Below, piece after piece: positions 18,972 to 28,133 of a stretch of DNA of 32,000 nucleotides. The translations under genes were made by a program, and so were the position numbers. This stretch comes from Desulfotalea psychrophila LSv54. Its GTDB lineage: Bacteria > Desulfobacterota > Desulfobulbia > Desulfobulbales > Desulfocapsaceae. The notes below the pieces were generated by a model. It did no database searches. It was not told the origin of the DNA and saw only the letters and a program-made list of their open reading frames with translations. Where the stretch lies: positions 2,400,001 through 2,432,000 of the forward strand of contig NC_006138.1 in assembly GCF_000025945.1 (NCBI RefSeq), in the 5' to 3' direction. Position 1 is the first letter of the stretch, and each line of letters starts with the position of its first letter.

Positions 18972-21241
18972 TTAAAAATATACTAAAAACAGATAGTCCA
19001 GCTCGGCAGAAAGCATCTGAGAGGGGATGCGCTGAGATTGATCCCAGTTTTTTACAGCAAGATCTACCTGCAGGGGTCTTAAAACAACTTCTTGATCGCC
19101 TGGATATACCGGTGCAGACAGGTGCCCTTACTCATGCCTGTGAACAGGCACAAAAAGAGATGACCGAGGCATCGCCCAGCCAGCGGATTAACTTCATTTT
19201 TCATGCCTTACAGATCAGAGGCGTGCAGGTGGCTCAGCTACGCTGGACCCGTTTTGATCAGCGACGTCTCCCTGCGATGCTCTGCCATGGTGGCAGTTGG
19301 AAGTTAATCGAGCGCGGCCAGAGCGGCCAGTTAATTCTGACGGATGAAATGGGCGAGACATGCCAGTGCTGCGAAGCGGATTTGAGTGATGTCTTTGTCC
19401 TGTGGTTACATGTTCAGCAGAAGAGAGAGACTGGCCCCTCCTTAAAGGGCAACCTTGCTGCCCGTCTGCTCCTACGGGAGATGTTTAAAGATCGTCGCTG
19501 GCTTGTCAACGTCACTATTTCCACCATAATCATTAATGTTTTGGCGATTACCACCTCACTCTTTGCCCTGCAGGTCTATGATCGGGTAGTACCGACCCTG
19601 GCCTACGCGACCCTCTATACCCTGGTGGCTGGCATGGCGATTATGGTCAGTCTGGACTGGCTCCTCAAAACCCTGCGCGCCCGCATCCTCGACAGTGTCT
19701 CCTGTGCCGTCGACAGGAGTGTATCACAACAGGTATTTGACCACGTAATGCGTCTACAGCTCGATATTCGACCACGCAGCCTCGGAACTCTGGCGGCACA
19801 GGTCGGTGGACTTGACTCGGTTAAACAGTTTTTTACCTCCGGGGTGATTTTTGCCCTGATCGACATGCCCTTTGCCCTGATGTTTATTGCCTTTATCGCC
19901 ATTATTGGTGGTCCCATTGGCTGGGTATACCTGCTCTTGCTTCCAGTGGCGGCAACATTGGGTTGGATAACCCAAAAGCGCCTGCGCCGTTTAATGCGCG
20001 AGCAGATGATACGCTCCAACGAACGTCAGGGACTACTGGTGGATGCCATCCAAGGCAGTGAATCAATTCGTGCCAACAACGCCACCTGGCGTTTTTCTGA
20101 ACAGTGGCGTGAAATAACCACCTCTATCTCTCGTTACAATATACAGCAAAAGGCGATCAGCAATCTGGCGACGGTCTCAACGGGTAGCCTGTCAACCATA
20201 GCCTATGTTACGGCAATTGTTGTTGGGGTCGGCCAGATCGAGGCTGGTAACCTGACCATGGGCGCACTCATTGCCTGTAGTATTCTCGGTGGCCGGGTAA
20301 TTGCCCCCGTTGCCCAAAGTGTGCAGTATCTTGCCCAGTGGCAGAATATTGCCCAGGCACTGCAGATGGTCAATCAGGTACTGATCCTTAAGACAGATCG
20401 TCGTCCGGACCAGGAGCTGTTGATGCCCGACGAACGGCCTGCAACAGTTGAGCTGGAAGGGGTCCGTTTCTGCTATCCCGAGTCCCCCATACAGCAACTG
20501 AATATCGCTAAACTCAGCTTTAAGGCCGGTGACCGGGTGGCCCTGATCGGTAACGTTGGTTCCGGTAAATCGACACTGCTTAAGGTATTGGCCGGTCTCT
20601 ATGCACCAGCCGAAGGACGTGTCCGCTTAGGCAATGCCGATCTTTGGGAGATGGATCCTCATCTGGTAGCAGAACATATCGGCTACCTGCCACAGAGTGT
20701 CCATCTATTCAAGGGCACCCTACGCAGCAACCTGACACTCTCCGGTGCCGTCAGTGATTCCCACCTATTGCATATCGCCCATGAACTGGGGATTGATAGC
20801 ATTGCAGCCGAAAATCCCCGCAGCATGGAGCTACCCATCAGCGAAGGGGGCGAGGGGCTGTCCGGTGGTCAACGGCAGTTGGTTGGTCTGGCCCGGGTCT
20901 TCCTGGCCCAACCCACAATATGGTTACTGGATGAACCAACGGCTTCATTGGACAGCAACAGTGAACAGCAGGTGCTGGCAGCTATTGCCTCTCATATTAA
21001 GGCCGATGATATTCTCATACTATCAACCCATCGACCGGCACTTATCACCCAGCTGACGAACCGGGTTGTGGTGATGCAGCGCGGTGAGATAAGCGCCGAT
21101 GGCCCACCAGAAGTGGTACTACCACGACTGATGGGAAAAAGGACGAACCAGGCCCATGGTGCCAGAGAAGTACAGGTGCGTATGCCGATGCCTGCTGCCG
21201 TATATTCCGGAAACAACAGGGGGGCATATAATGTTATCTAA
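18968..21241 (+). CDS. Type I secretion ABC exporter (LapB/RTX type) with degenerate N-terminal C39-like domain
   Basis: TM region plus NBD with Walker A GNVGSGKST, signature LSGGQRQL, and Walker B WLLDEPTASLD. N-terminal about 160 aa lack a recognisable C39 catalytic motif. Confidence 0.93.
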   Translation: MIKNILKTDSPARQKASERGCAEIDPSFLQQDLPAGVLKQLLDRLDIPVQTGALTHACEQAQKEMTEASPSQRINFIFHALQIRGVQVAQLRWTRFDQRRLPAMLCHGGSWKLIERGQSGQLILTDEMGETCQCCEADLSDVFVLWLHVQQKRETGPSLKGNLAARLLLREMFKDRRWLVNVTISTIIINVLAITTSLFALQVYDRVVPTLAYATLYTLVAGMAIMVSLDWLLKTLRARILDSVSCAVDRSVSQQVFDHVMRLQLDIRPRSLGTLAAQVGGLDSVKQFFTSGVIFALIDMPFALMFIAFIAIIGGPIGWVYLLLLPVAATLGWITQKRLRRLMREQMIRSNERQGLLVDAIQGSESIRANNATWRFSEQWREITTSISRYNIQQKAISNLATVSTGSLSTIAYVTAIVVGVGQIEAGNLTMGALIACSILGGRVIAPVAQSVQYLAQWQNIAQALQMVNQVLILKTDRRPDQELLMPDERPATVELEGVRFCYPESPIQQLNIAKLSFKAGDRVALIGNVGSGKSTLLKVLAGLYAPAEGRVRLGNADLWEMDPHLVAEHIGYLPQSVHLFKGTLRSNLTLSGAVSDSHLLHIAHELGIDSIAAENPRSMELPISEGGEGLSGGQRQLVGLARVFLAQPTIWLLDEPTASLDSNSEQQVLAAIASHIKADDILILSTHRPALITQLTNRVVVMQRGEISADGPPEVVLPRLMGKRTNQAHGAREVQVRMPMPAAVYSGNNRGAYNVI

Positions 21242-22445
21242 CAATCCTTTAGCGACAAATGAAATAGACAACGACAGGGCAATAGCTCGCCTTGAGAGTT
21301 ACCATCGCGGTCGTTACTCACTGGTCTTATGGCTATTGCTCATCGCCTTTGTTATCGTCATCCTCTGGGCATCTGTCTTTCAGTTGAACCAGGTTGCACG
21401 TGCCAGGGGCGAGGTGATTGCCAGTAGTCGGGTGCAGATTATTCAGTCGGTGGATGGTGGCGTGCTGGCGGAGTTGAACGTCAGGGAGGGCGACCAGGTA
21501 AAACCGGGGCAGGTACTGGCACGTCTCGACCAGACTCGATCTGGAGCTTCGGTGAAGGAGATCGAAGCGCGCCTGTCTGCCCTGAAGGCCAAGGCAACTC
21601 GTTTGCGGGCGGAGGTGACCGAGGTGGATAAACTTATCTTTCCTGAAGAGTTACTTAAACATCCTGAAACCGTGGCAGTGGAACGCGCTCTGTTCCAACA
21701 ACGACGCACCGGACTAAAAGAGGAGCTCAAAACCCTGAAGGTGGCGGTCAAGCTGGCCCAGGAAGAGGTGACCCTGCTGACCAATCTGGAGCGATCCGGC
21801 GATGTGAATCGTTCCGAGGTAATTCGTACCAAACGGGCACTCAATGATGCTAAATCCAAGTTAATCGTGCGCAAAAACCGTCATTTTGAAGAGGCGAGTA
21901 CCGAGCTGATTAAAGCTGAAGATGGTATTGCCCAGAATGAACAGATCTTCGCCCAACGAAAACAACAGCTGGAGGACAGTGTTTTTACCGCCCTGGTTCC
22001 CGGTATCGTTAAAAATGTCCGGGTGACGACCGTGGGCGGGGTACTGCGTGCCGGTGAGGAGTTGATGCAGATCATCCCCGTCGGTGATGATCTTATTATT
22101 GAAGCCAAGGTAAGTCCCACCGATATTGCCCTGGTACGTCCCGGTCTGGTAGCGACCATTCGTTTTGACCCCTTTGACTATACCATCTTTGGCGGAGTGA
22201 CCGGTAAGGTTGTCTACGTCAGTGCCGATACCCTTAAAGAGAAAACTGCCCGGGGCGAAGATATTTACTACCGTGTCCATGTCATTACAGAGATGACGCC
22301 CGTTACCACCACAACTGGCAAGGTACTCGATATCCTACCGGGGATGACCGCTCAGCTCGATATTCGTACCGGTGAGCGTAGTGTCCTTGAATATATGTTG
22401 AAACCATTGCGTAAGACTGTCAGTAACGCCTTCGGTGAACGTTAA
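21231..22445 (+). CDS. HlyD-family T1SS periplasmic adaptor
   Basis: One TM helix, then RARGEVIASSRVQIIQSVDGGVLAELNVREGDQVKPGQVLARLD. ATG at 21231 overlaps the upstream stop. C-terminal GMTAQLDIRTGERSVLEYMLKPL. Confidence 0.93.
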   Translation: MLSNNPLATNEIDNDRAIARLESYHRGRYSLVLWLLLIAFVIVILWASVFQLNQVARARGEVIASSRVQIIQSVDGGVLAELNVREGDQVKPGQVLARLDQTRSGASVKEIEARLSALKAKATRLRAEVTEVDKLIFPEELLKHPETVAVERALFQQRRTGLKEELKTLKVAVKLAQEEVTLLTNLERSGDVNRSEVIRTKRALNDAKSKLIVRKNRHFEEASTELIKAEDGIAQNEQIFAQRKQQLEDSVFTALVPGIVKNVRVTTVGGVLRAGEELMQIIPVGDDLIIEAKVSPTDIALVRPGLVATIRFDPFDYTIFGGVTGKVVYVSADTLKEKTARGEDIYYRVHVITEMTPVTTTTGKVLDILPGMTAQLDIRTGERSVLEYMLKPLRKTVSNAFGER

Positions 22446-22448
22446 GAG

Positions 22449-24158
22449 ATGCCTTTTCAAAAAAACATAAATTGCAAATATCCAGAGACTTTGCTGGTCG
22501 ATCCTGAGCAGATAGAGGGGTTAAAGGCAGAGGCCCTGGATCTTATCAGCCTGACTCTTTCTGTCGAGCAAATTTGCGATCTTGAGCTATTGTTAAATCG
22601 GGGTTTCTATCCTCTTGTTGCTTATATGGACCAGGCCTCTTATCTCTCTGTGCTAAAAAACATGAGACTAACGGATGGAACTCTTTGGCCCACCCCCATT
22701 TCTCTGGCTGTCTCGAAAAACAGGGTCGCTGGCTTAACAATAGGGCAGCGCCTAGCACTTAATGATCAGGAAGGTTTTCTTATCGCAATCCTGACCATTA
22801 GTGACATTTGGCAAGCAGATACAAGGCTGGAGGCCAAGGCCGTTTATGGTACCACTGATTCGGCCCGGCATCCTGGAGTACGAAAATTGTACGATTGCTC
22901 CGGCGATTACTATCTTGCCGGTTCTCTTGAGGGTATTTCTTTACCTGTTCATTATGATTTCCAATCTCTACGTCTAAGTCCTGCCGAGACTGTTCAACGT
23001 TTCATGACGAAGGGCTGGCAAAGGGTCGTTGGTTTTCAGACCGATGAGTATTTGCACTATGGTCACCATAAAATGATTATGGCCGCAGCGCAGGAGATAG
23101 GCGCAGCCGTTTTTATCCAAGCCCAAATTAACTGTCCCGGGGAAATCACCCATTACACCCATGTACGCTGTCATCAGGCCTTCACCAAGCTCTTTCCCAT
23201 AAATATGGCGGGACTTGGCTTGTTTGCTCTTCCGGCAAAAAAGACAGGACCGAGGGAGGCTCTTTTACAGGCGATAATCAAGAAAAATTTTGGTTGCACT
23301 CATTTCATGGTTGCCCCTGACCATGCAGACCCCTTTGCCGTCATGACTGATGAAAAGGCACTGTTTTATCCTCGGGGTGAGGCGCAAAAGCTCGTCGCTT
23401 ATTATGAAAAAGAGACCGAGATAACAATGATTCCTCAACGAGGGGTAGGATACTGCAAAAAGGATAAAAAATATATTTTTCAGGGGGCCAAAGGGGCTGA
23501 GAACAGTTCATTAATCGATTCGAAGGGATTAATGGGTCGATTAAAAAGAGAAGAAGAAATCCCTCCCTGGTTCACCTGTCCGAAGATTGTCCAAGAAATT
23601 CGCCATGATTTCCTCCCAAGGTCTGGGCAGGGCTTTACCATTTTCATGACAGGGCTTTCCGGAGCAGGGAAATCAACAATTGCCAAGGTATTACAGGTAA
23701 AGTTTGCGGAGATGCGTGAGCGGCCTGTAACACTGCTGGATGGTGATATTGTGCGACTCAATCTCTCCTCTGAACTTTCATTTTCCCAAAAAGACAGAAA
23801 TCTCAATGTCACCCGTATTGGTTTTGTCGCAGGTGAGATAACTAAAAATGGTGGTATAGCCCTATGTGCGCCCATCGCCCCCTATGAAGAGTCCCGCCAA
23901 GTAAACAGACGCTTAATTTCAAATTATGGAGGCTATATCGAAGTATATGTAGCAACACCCCTTCAGGTTTGTGAGCAGCGTGACAGCAAGGGACTCTATG
24001 CCAAGGCCCGATCCGGCCGGATCAAGAATGTAACAGGGATAACAGATCCGTATATTCCCCCGACGAATCCTGAAATTACCATCGATACCACAAACATTAA
24101 CCCCATGGATGCAGCAGAGAAGATACTGCTATATCTGAAGGGGGAAGGATACCTGTAA
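22449..24158 (+). CDS. sat/cysC: ATP-sulfurylase-like / adenylylsulfate kinase fusion (PAPS supply)
   Basis: N-terminal half carries TGPREALLQAIIKKNFGCTHFMV and FQTxxxxHxxH-like motifs. C-terminal half has TGLSGAGKST, LLDGDIVRLNLSSELSFSQKDRNLNVTRIGFVA and CAPIAPYEESR typical of APS kinase. Confidence 0.9.
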   Translation: MPFQKNINCKYPETLLVDPEQIEGLKAEALDLISLTLSVEQICDLELLLNRGFYPLVAYMDQASYLSVLKNMRLTDGTLWPTPISLAVSKNRVAGLTIGQRLALNDQEGFLIAILTISDIWQADTRLEAKAVYGTTDSARHPGVRKLYDCSGDYYLAGSLEGISLPVHYDFQSLRLSPAETVQRFMTKGWQRVVGFQTDEYLHYGHHKMIMAAAQEIGAAVFIQAQINCPGEITHYTHVRCHQAFTKLFPINMAGLGLFALPAKKTGPREALLQAIIKKNFGCTHFMVAPDHADPFAVMTDEKALFYPRGEAQKLVAYYEKETEITMIPQRGVGYCKKDKKYIFQGAKGAENSSLIDSKGLMGRLKREEEIPPWFTCPKIVQEIRHDFLPRSGQGFTIFMTGLSGAGKSTIAKVLQVKFAEMRERPVTLLDGDIVRLNLSSELSFSQKDRNLNVTRIGFVAGEITKNGGIALCAPIAPYEESRQVNRRLISNYGGYIEVYVATPLQVCEQRDSKGLYAKARSGRIKNVTGITDPYIPPTNPEITIDTTNINPMDAAEKILLYLKGEGYL

Positions 24159-24652
24159 ATGTCACCTGCCAAAGAGAAGTGCCGTCTCATGTTTAATCCT
24201 GCCAACGTGGTCTGCCCCCATCGAACAGTCTCTTCATCGGGTTTATTTTATGTGCTGTTTTTTCTCGAATGCATCAGAAAAAATGGCATGGGTTATTCCC
24301 TGGTAGTACTTTTTTGCCTTTTGGCAATTACCGCTCCCTGTCGGACTGCCTAGCAGGTTCGATCTCTGTCTGGATTGGTGTAGCGATAATTTTTTTCCTA
24401 TCAGAACTTTATCAGCAACTACATCCTCTCTATTTGTGTAATCCCCTTGGCGCATCTATTTTCTCCAGTGTTTGGCTGGTTTTTTAATCTTTCCCGCTGT
24501 CTTGGATAGTTAAGTAATATCAATTAAATAAAAACATGTGCCTCTTGGTAAATGCTTTTTCCTCGCAAGCGAATTACCCCTTTGCCTTGACCTTCTCTCT
24601 TTTTTCCTATGTTATTATGCATGAGGCAATAAAATCTTATGGAGGTAGAGGA

Positions 24653-25027
24653 ATGAAAAAAATATACAGACTTGTTAGCAAAAGTCATTGTGATGCCGTT
24701 CTTAGAACAAGAAAGATTCCGCAATCGGACTGCTGGCAGGTGAGCATGGAGACTAAACGGACACAAATAGATGATGAGCAGGGTCAAACTGCAGAAGGAG
24801 ATTCTATCTATAACCCAGAAGAAGTTATGGCTCTGCTAGGTAACAATGAGCTACAGCATGGGCAGGAGGCCCAGGCCATAATTTCTTTTTTATTGGCAAG
24901 AAACTGTATTGAGTATACGGGATTCGGTGACGATCCTAAGCCCTGCTCGAAGGGTAGTAAAGAGGAAAATAGTTCAGCGCTAAAGGATGAGATAGAGGGG
25001 CAGGACGATGTCAAATATGCCCATTAA
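24653..25027 (+). CDS. Small hypothetical protein
   Basis: ATG at 24653 preceded by GGAGG; internal start within the track ORF 24536..25027. No recognised domain. Confidence 0.55.
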   Translation: MKKIYRLVSKSHCDAVLRTRKIPQSDCWQVSMETKRTQIDDEQGQTAEGDSIYNPEEVMALLGNNELQHGQEAQAIISFLLARNCIEYTGFGDDPKPCSKGSKEENSSALKDEIEGQDDVKYAH

Positions 25028-25216
25028 ATTTGCAATGAGCAGTTATAATGATCTTCTTCTTAGCAGATTTCAGCAAATTGAGGCAAGAGAATAAGCCTAA
25101 AAGCTAGGCTTACAGCTATTACCCAAACCAGGCAGATAAAGACGGATCAGAGGCAGGTCCGAGAGAGAAGGTGTGGGCCTCTGCTTCAAATGAATCTTAA
25201 CCACCAACATGGGTAA

Positions 25217-26047
25217 ATGAAACTTAAAGCACACTACCGAATCGTCTTAATATATCTGCTATTGGGCTTTTTTTGGATATTAATCTCTGATGCAGTCGTA
25301 AATAGCCTCTTTGAGGATAGGGCAGATATCATCTTTGCCGAGAATATTAAGGGTTGGTTCTTTATTGCCTTCAACGGCTTGCTCCTCTTCTTTCTTATAA
25401 AAAGAGAGATTAATGCCATAAAGGCGATAAATATTAAACTGATGGAGAGTTATGAGCAGACTATCATTGGCTGGATGCATGTTACTGACCTTCGCCATAG
25501 GGAAACAAAGGATCATACTGAGCGGGTAACGAAGATGACAGTTGCGCTGGCAAAGTTCTCTGGTATCAGCAAAAAAGAGGAACTGAAGAACATTGAACGG
25601 GGAGCAATGCTGCACGATGTGGGTAAAATTGGTATTCCCGATGCCATTTTAATTAAGCCAGGAAAGCTGAATGAAGAGGAGTGGAAACAGATAAAGAAGC
25701 ACCCGCAGATAGCGCATGATATTATATCTAATATTGCCTTTCTCAGACCCTGCATAGACATTCCATATTCTCATCATGAGAAGTGGGATGGTAGTGGTTA
25801 CCCGCTGGGTATAGGCGGAGATGAAATACCGATGGCGGCCAGATATTTCGCCATTGTTGATGTATGGGATGCCCTTATCCACCCCCGCATATACAAAGCG
25901 GCATGGACGGAAGAAGAGGTGTTAGCATATATTCAGGAGCAGTCAGGGAAACACTTTGATCCTGATATTGTAGAGTTATTCTTAGAAAACTATGAACAGA
26001 TAAGGGGTGATTTAATCTATCCAGAATGGGGGCCCCCATCGCCATAG
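25217..26047 (+). CDS. Membrane-anchored HD-GYP domain protein (putative c-di-GMP phosphodiesterase)
   Basis: Two N-terminal hydrophobic segments; HTERV..., MLHDVGKIGIPDAIL, SHHEKWDGSGYPLG. Confidence 0.9.
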   Translation: MKLKAHYRIVLIYLLLGFFWILISDAVVNSLFEDRADIIFAENIKGWFFIAFNGLLLFFLIKREINAIKAINIKLMESYEQTIIGWMHVTDLRHRETKDHTERVTKMTVALAKFSGISKKEELKNIERGAMLHDVGKIGIPDAILIKPGKLNEEEWKQIKKHPQIAHDIISNIAFLRPCIDIPYSHHEKWDGSGYPLGIGGDEIPMAARYFAIVDVWDALIHPRIYKAAWTEEEVLAYIQEQSGKHFDPDIVELFLENYEQIRGDLIYPEWGPPSP

Positions 26048-26049
26048 AT

Positions 26050-26317
26050 GATTGGGTCTGATGCCTCTACCTTGCCCTCTTTAAACAGATACCAGTTCTC
26101 CTCATCCTCGTCCGCAATCCAGCCAAGTCCGAAAAAGCCAATTCCTGAGATATTCTTTAATTTCAGGCTATCGTGGACATCTTTTTCCAGCTTTTGTCTG
26201 CTGGGTTTTTTAAAGTACGGCATTCCCGTAAATGCGGCCACCGCAACCCAAATTGCAACATTCGGATCAATTTTCCTTAAACGTGAAATCTACCTCTCTG
26301 CCTTTTGACTGATCAGT
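26050..26317 (-). pseudogene. Decayed 3' fragment duplicate of the glycosidase-like gene at 26850-27842
   Basis: 26073-26317 is nearly the same as 26897-27147. The 5' part of the gene is missing, and there is an in-frame TAG (minus strand, about 26290-26292) where the intact copy encodes Tyr. Confidence 0.85.
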
Positions 26318-26569
26318 CCTGTACCTTCTCCTTAGCTCTCTTCACCGTTATTGGGCGGCCAACTGGTGGCTTCGGCCTTCACCTATCGGCATGGACATTG
26401 TTTTCTGACGTCTCTTTTGCCCAAAAATCCAATTTAATTATTAGTAGAATAGTTCAGCTAAACTTAAAAAAGGAGTCTTCTCAGTGTTCTGAAATAATAA
26501 AAGCACAGGCCAAAAAATGTATGCTCTGTGGGTAATATTTGTTTCATGGGCGGTTCTGCACGCAAGAAC

Positions 26570-26604
26570 GGGTAAATAGTTTTTGTTAAAACAACTATTT
26601 ACCC
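26570..26604. other. 12-bp perfect inverted repeat (GGGTAAATAGTT...AACTATTTACCC)
   Basis: Read directly. 11-nt loop, no following T-tract. Confidence 0.85.
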
Positions 26605-26696
26605 TCTTGAAAAAAAATAGCTACTTACCCCTTGCAAAAGAATTCTCAACCGGGTATAAGAGACTCGCACTTTGCAACAACAAAAAATAAACATGT

Positions 26697-26774
26697 GGTG
26701 GGCGTGGCTCAGTTGGTTAGAGCACCTGGTTGTGACCCAGGAAGTCGGGGGTTCGAGTCCCCTCGCTCACCCCA
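26697..26774 (+). tRNA. tRNA-His (anticodon GTG), CCA encoded
   Basis: Acceptor GTGGGCG/CGCTCAC, anticodon arm CCTGG-TTGTGAC-CCAGG, T-arm GGGGG-TTCGAGT-CCCCT, extra 5' G pairing with C73, then CCA. Confidence 0.95.
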
Positions 26775-26785
26775 TTTTTTATAAG

Positions 26786-26822
26786 GGGTTTCAGCTTTGA
26801 AAAAAGTTGAAACCCTTTTTTT
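26786..26822 (+). terminator. Intrinsic terminator after tRNA-His
   Basis: GGGTTTCA...TGAAACCC stem followed by TTTTTTT. Confidence 0.85.
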
Positions 26823-26849
26823 GTTTCATCCCCAAGAATCTCGGTCCAG

Positions 26850-27842
26850 TCACCTGTTTGACCTTATCTCTGTTTTAATTACCTGCCAGAGATCTCTGCC
26901 CTCTTTAAACAGATACCAGTTCTCCTCATGATCATCCTCGTCTGCAATCCAGCCAAGTCCGAAAAAGCCAATTCCTGAGATATTCTTTAATTTCAGGCTA
27001 TCGAGGATATCTTTTTCCAGCTTTTGTCTGCTGGGTTTTTTAAAGTACGGCATTCCTGCAAATGCTGCCACTGCAACCCAAATTTCGACATCTGGATCAA
27101 TTTTCCTTAAACGGGAGATATACCTCTCTGCCTTTTGACTGATCAGTATCTCATTATCTGGATCGTAGCCATCATATACCCAGTTTGTATAGAGGTTGAG
27201 CATTATTATTTCTGTCAGATCGCTTTCAATAAATCTATTAAGATCAAAGTCATCATCGTCCAAATCCCAGTTTCTCATTCTCAACATCAGCGGCCTGACA
27301 GGGTCTATTGCCCTGATATCCTTCCTTACCTTCTGTAGTTGATTCTTCTGTATTGAATAATCCTCAATCCACTCTACCCCCCCTTCGGGATGTTCCTGGG
27401 GGACGGGCATGTTTTCGCCAAATTCATTACAAATATCATAGGCATAGACTGCAGGGTGCACCCTTATCTTTTTTATCCAGCTCTGTGCCTTCTCTTTTTG
27501 CCAGATGGGTTTCTGATTTTTTTTGTGGACTCCCGAATCATAGCCCCATGCTGTCTCGGAAAAACCTCCATCCATGATGACCCTGAGGCCGGCCTTCAAT
27601 GCCCTGTCCAGGAACCTGAAGACTTCATCAGCTGGCTCCTCCATTCCCCATTCAGTTGTTATAAGGGTTATGCCACCCTCTCTCAGTTGTAAAAGATCTT
27701 CATAGGGCGTGTATAGGCCAACATCTTTCATTATGAAATGAATCCGTTTTTGGGAGTAGTTGGCCTTATAGGCTTCAATTACAAAGGCCGCAAGAACTGC
27801 CAGAGATAAGACAAAGAGTACGATATATATCTGTTTTTTCAT
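26850..27842 (-). CDS. Exported/membrane-anchored glycosidase-like (TIM-barrel, GH5-like) protein
   Basis: N-terminal hydrophobic anchor; VHPAVYAYDICNEFGENMP resembles the GH catalytic-acid region (..NE..); (V/I)WVAVAAFAG...GFFGLGWIADE near the C-terminus. Confidence 0.6.
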   Translation of the reverse strand: MKKQIYIVLFVLSLAVLAAFVIEAYKANYSQKRIHFIMKDVGLYTPYEDLLQLREGGITLITTEWGMEEPADEVFRFLDRALKAGLRVIMDGGFSETAWGYDSGVHKKNQKPIWQKEKAQSWIKKIRVHPAVYAYDICNEFGENMPVPQEHPEGGVEWIEDYSIQKNQLQKVRKDIRAIDPVRPLMLRMRNWDLDDDDFDLNRFIESDLTEIIMLNLYTNWVYDGYDPDNEILISQKAERYISRLRKIDPDVEIWVAVAAFAGMPYFKKPSRQKLEKDILDSLKLKNISGIGFFGLGWIADEDDHEENWYLFKEGRDLWQVIKTEIRSNR

Positions 27843-28133
27843 AACTCAGTCTCTCTCTTCTCTCTGGAATTCCGTGAGCCACCATGGCACCGGCCCGGGG
27901 CAGATTTATCTCAACACCCAGTATAGCAGGCGTGGAGATCAACTACCAGAGAACAAGGGCCACATTTCGGGTAGATTATGCCTGCAAACAGGATCTTACC
28001 ATTGTAAACGGGCAGAGATTAGGGCAGGATAGAAGTTAGAGACCTTTTTATTGTTTCTCCTCAGAGGATGATGAAGGGCATTGAGATTACTCATTAAAAA
28101 GAGGAGGTAAGCACAGGGGTGCCATAAAACATT

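Noticed and set aside
18968-19450. N-terminal domain of the ABC exporter as an active C39 peptidase for double-glycine leaders
   Set aside because: No convincing catalytic Cys/His arrangement. It resembles the degenerate C39-like domain of RTX/LapB exporters.
26305-26535. 76-aa plus-strand ORF
   Set aside because: Begins in the decayed duplicate and has no recognisable domain. Likely spurious.
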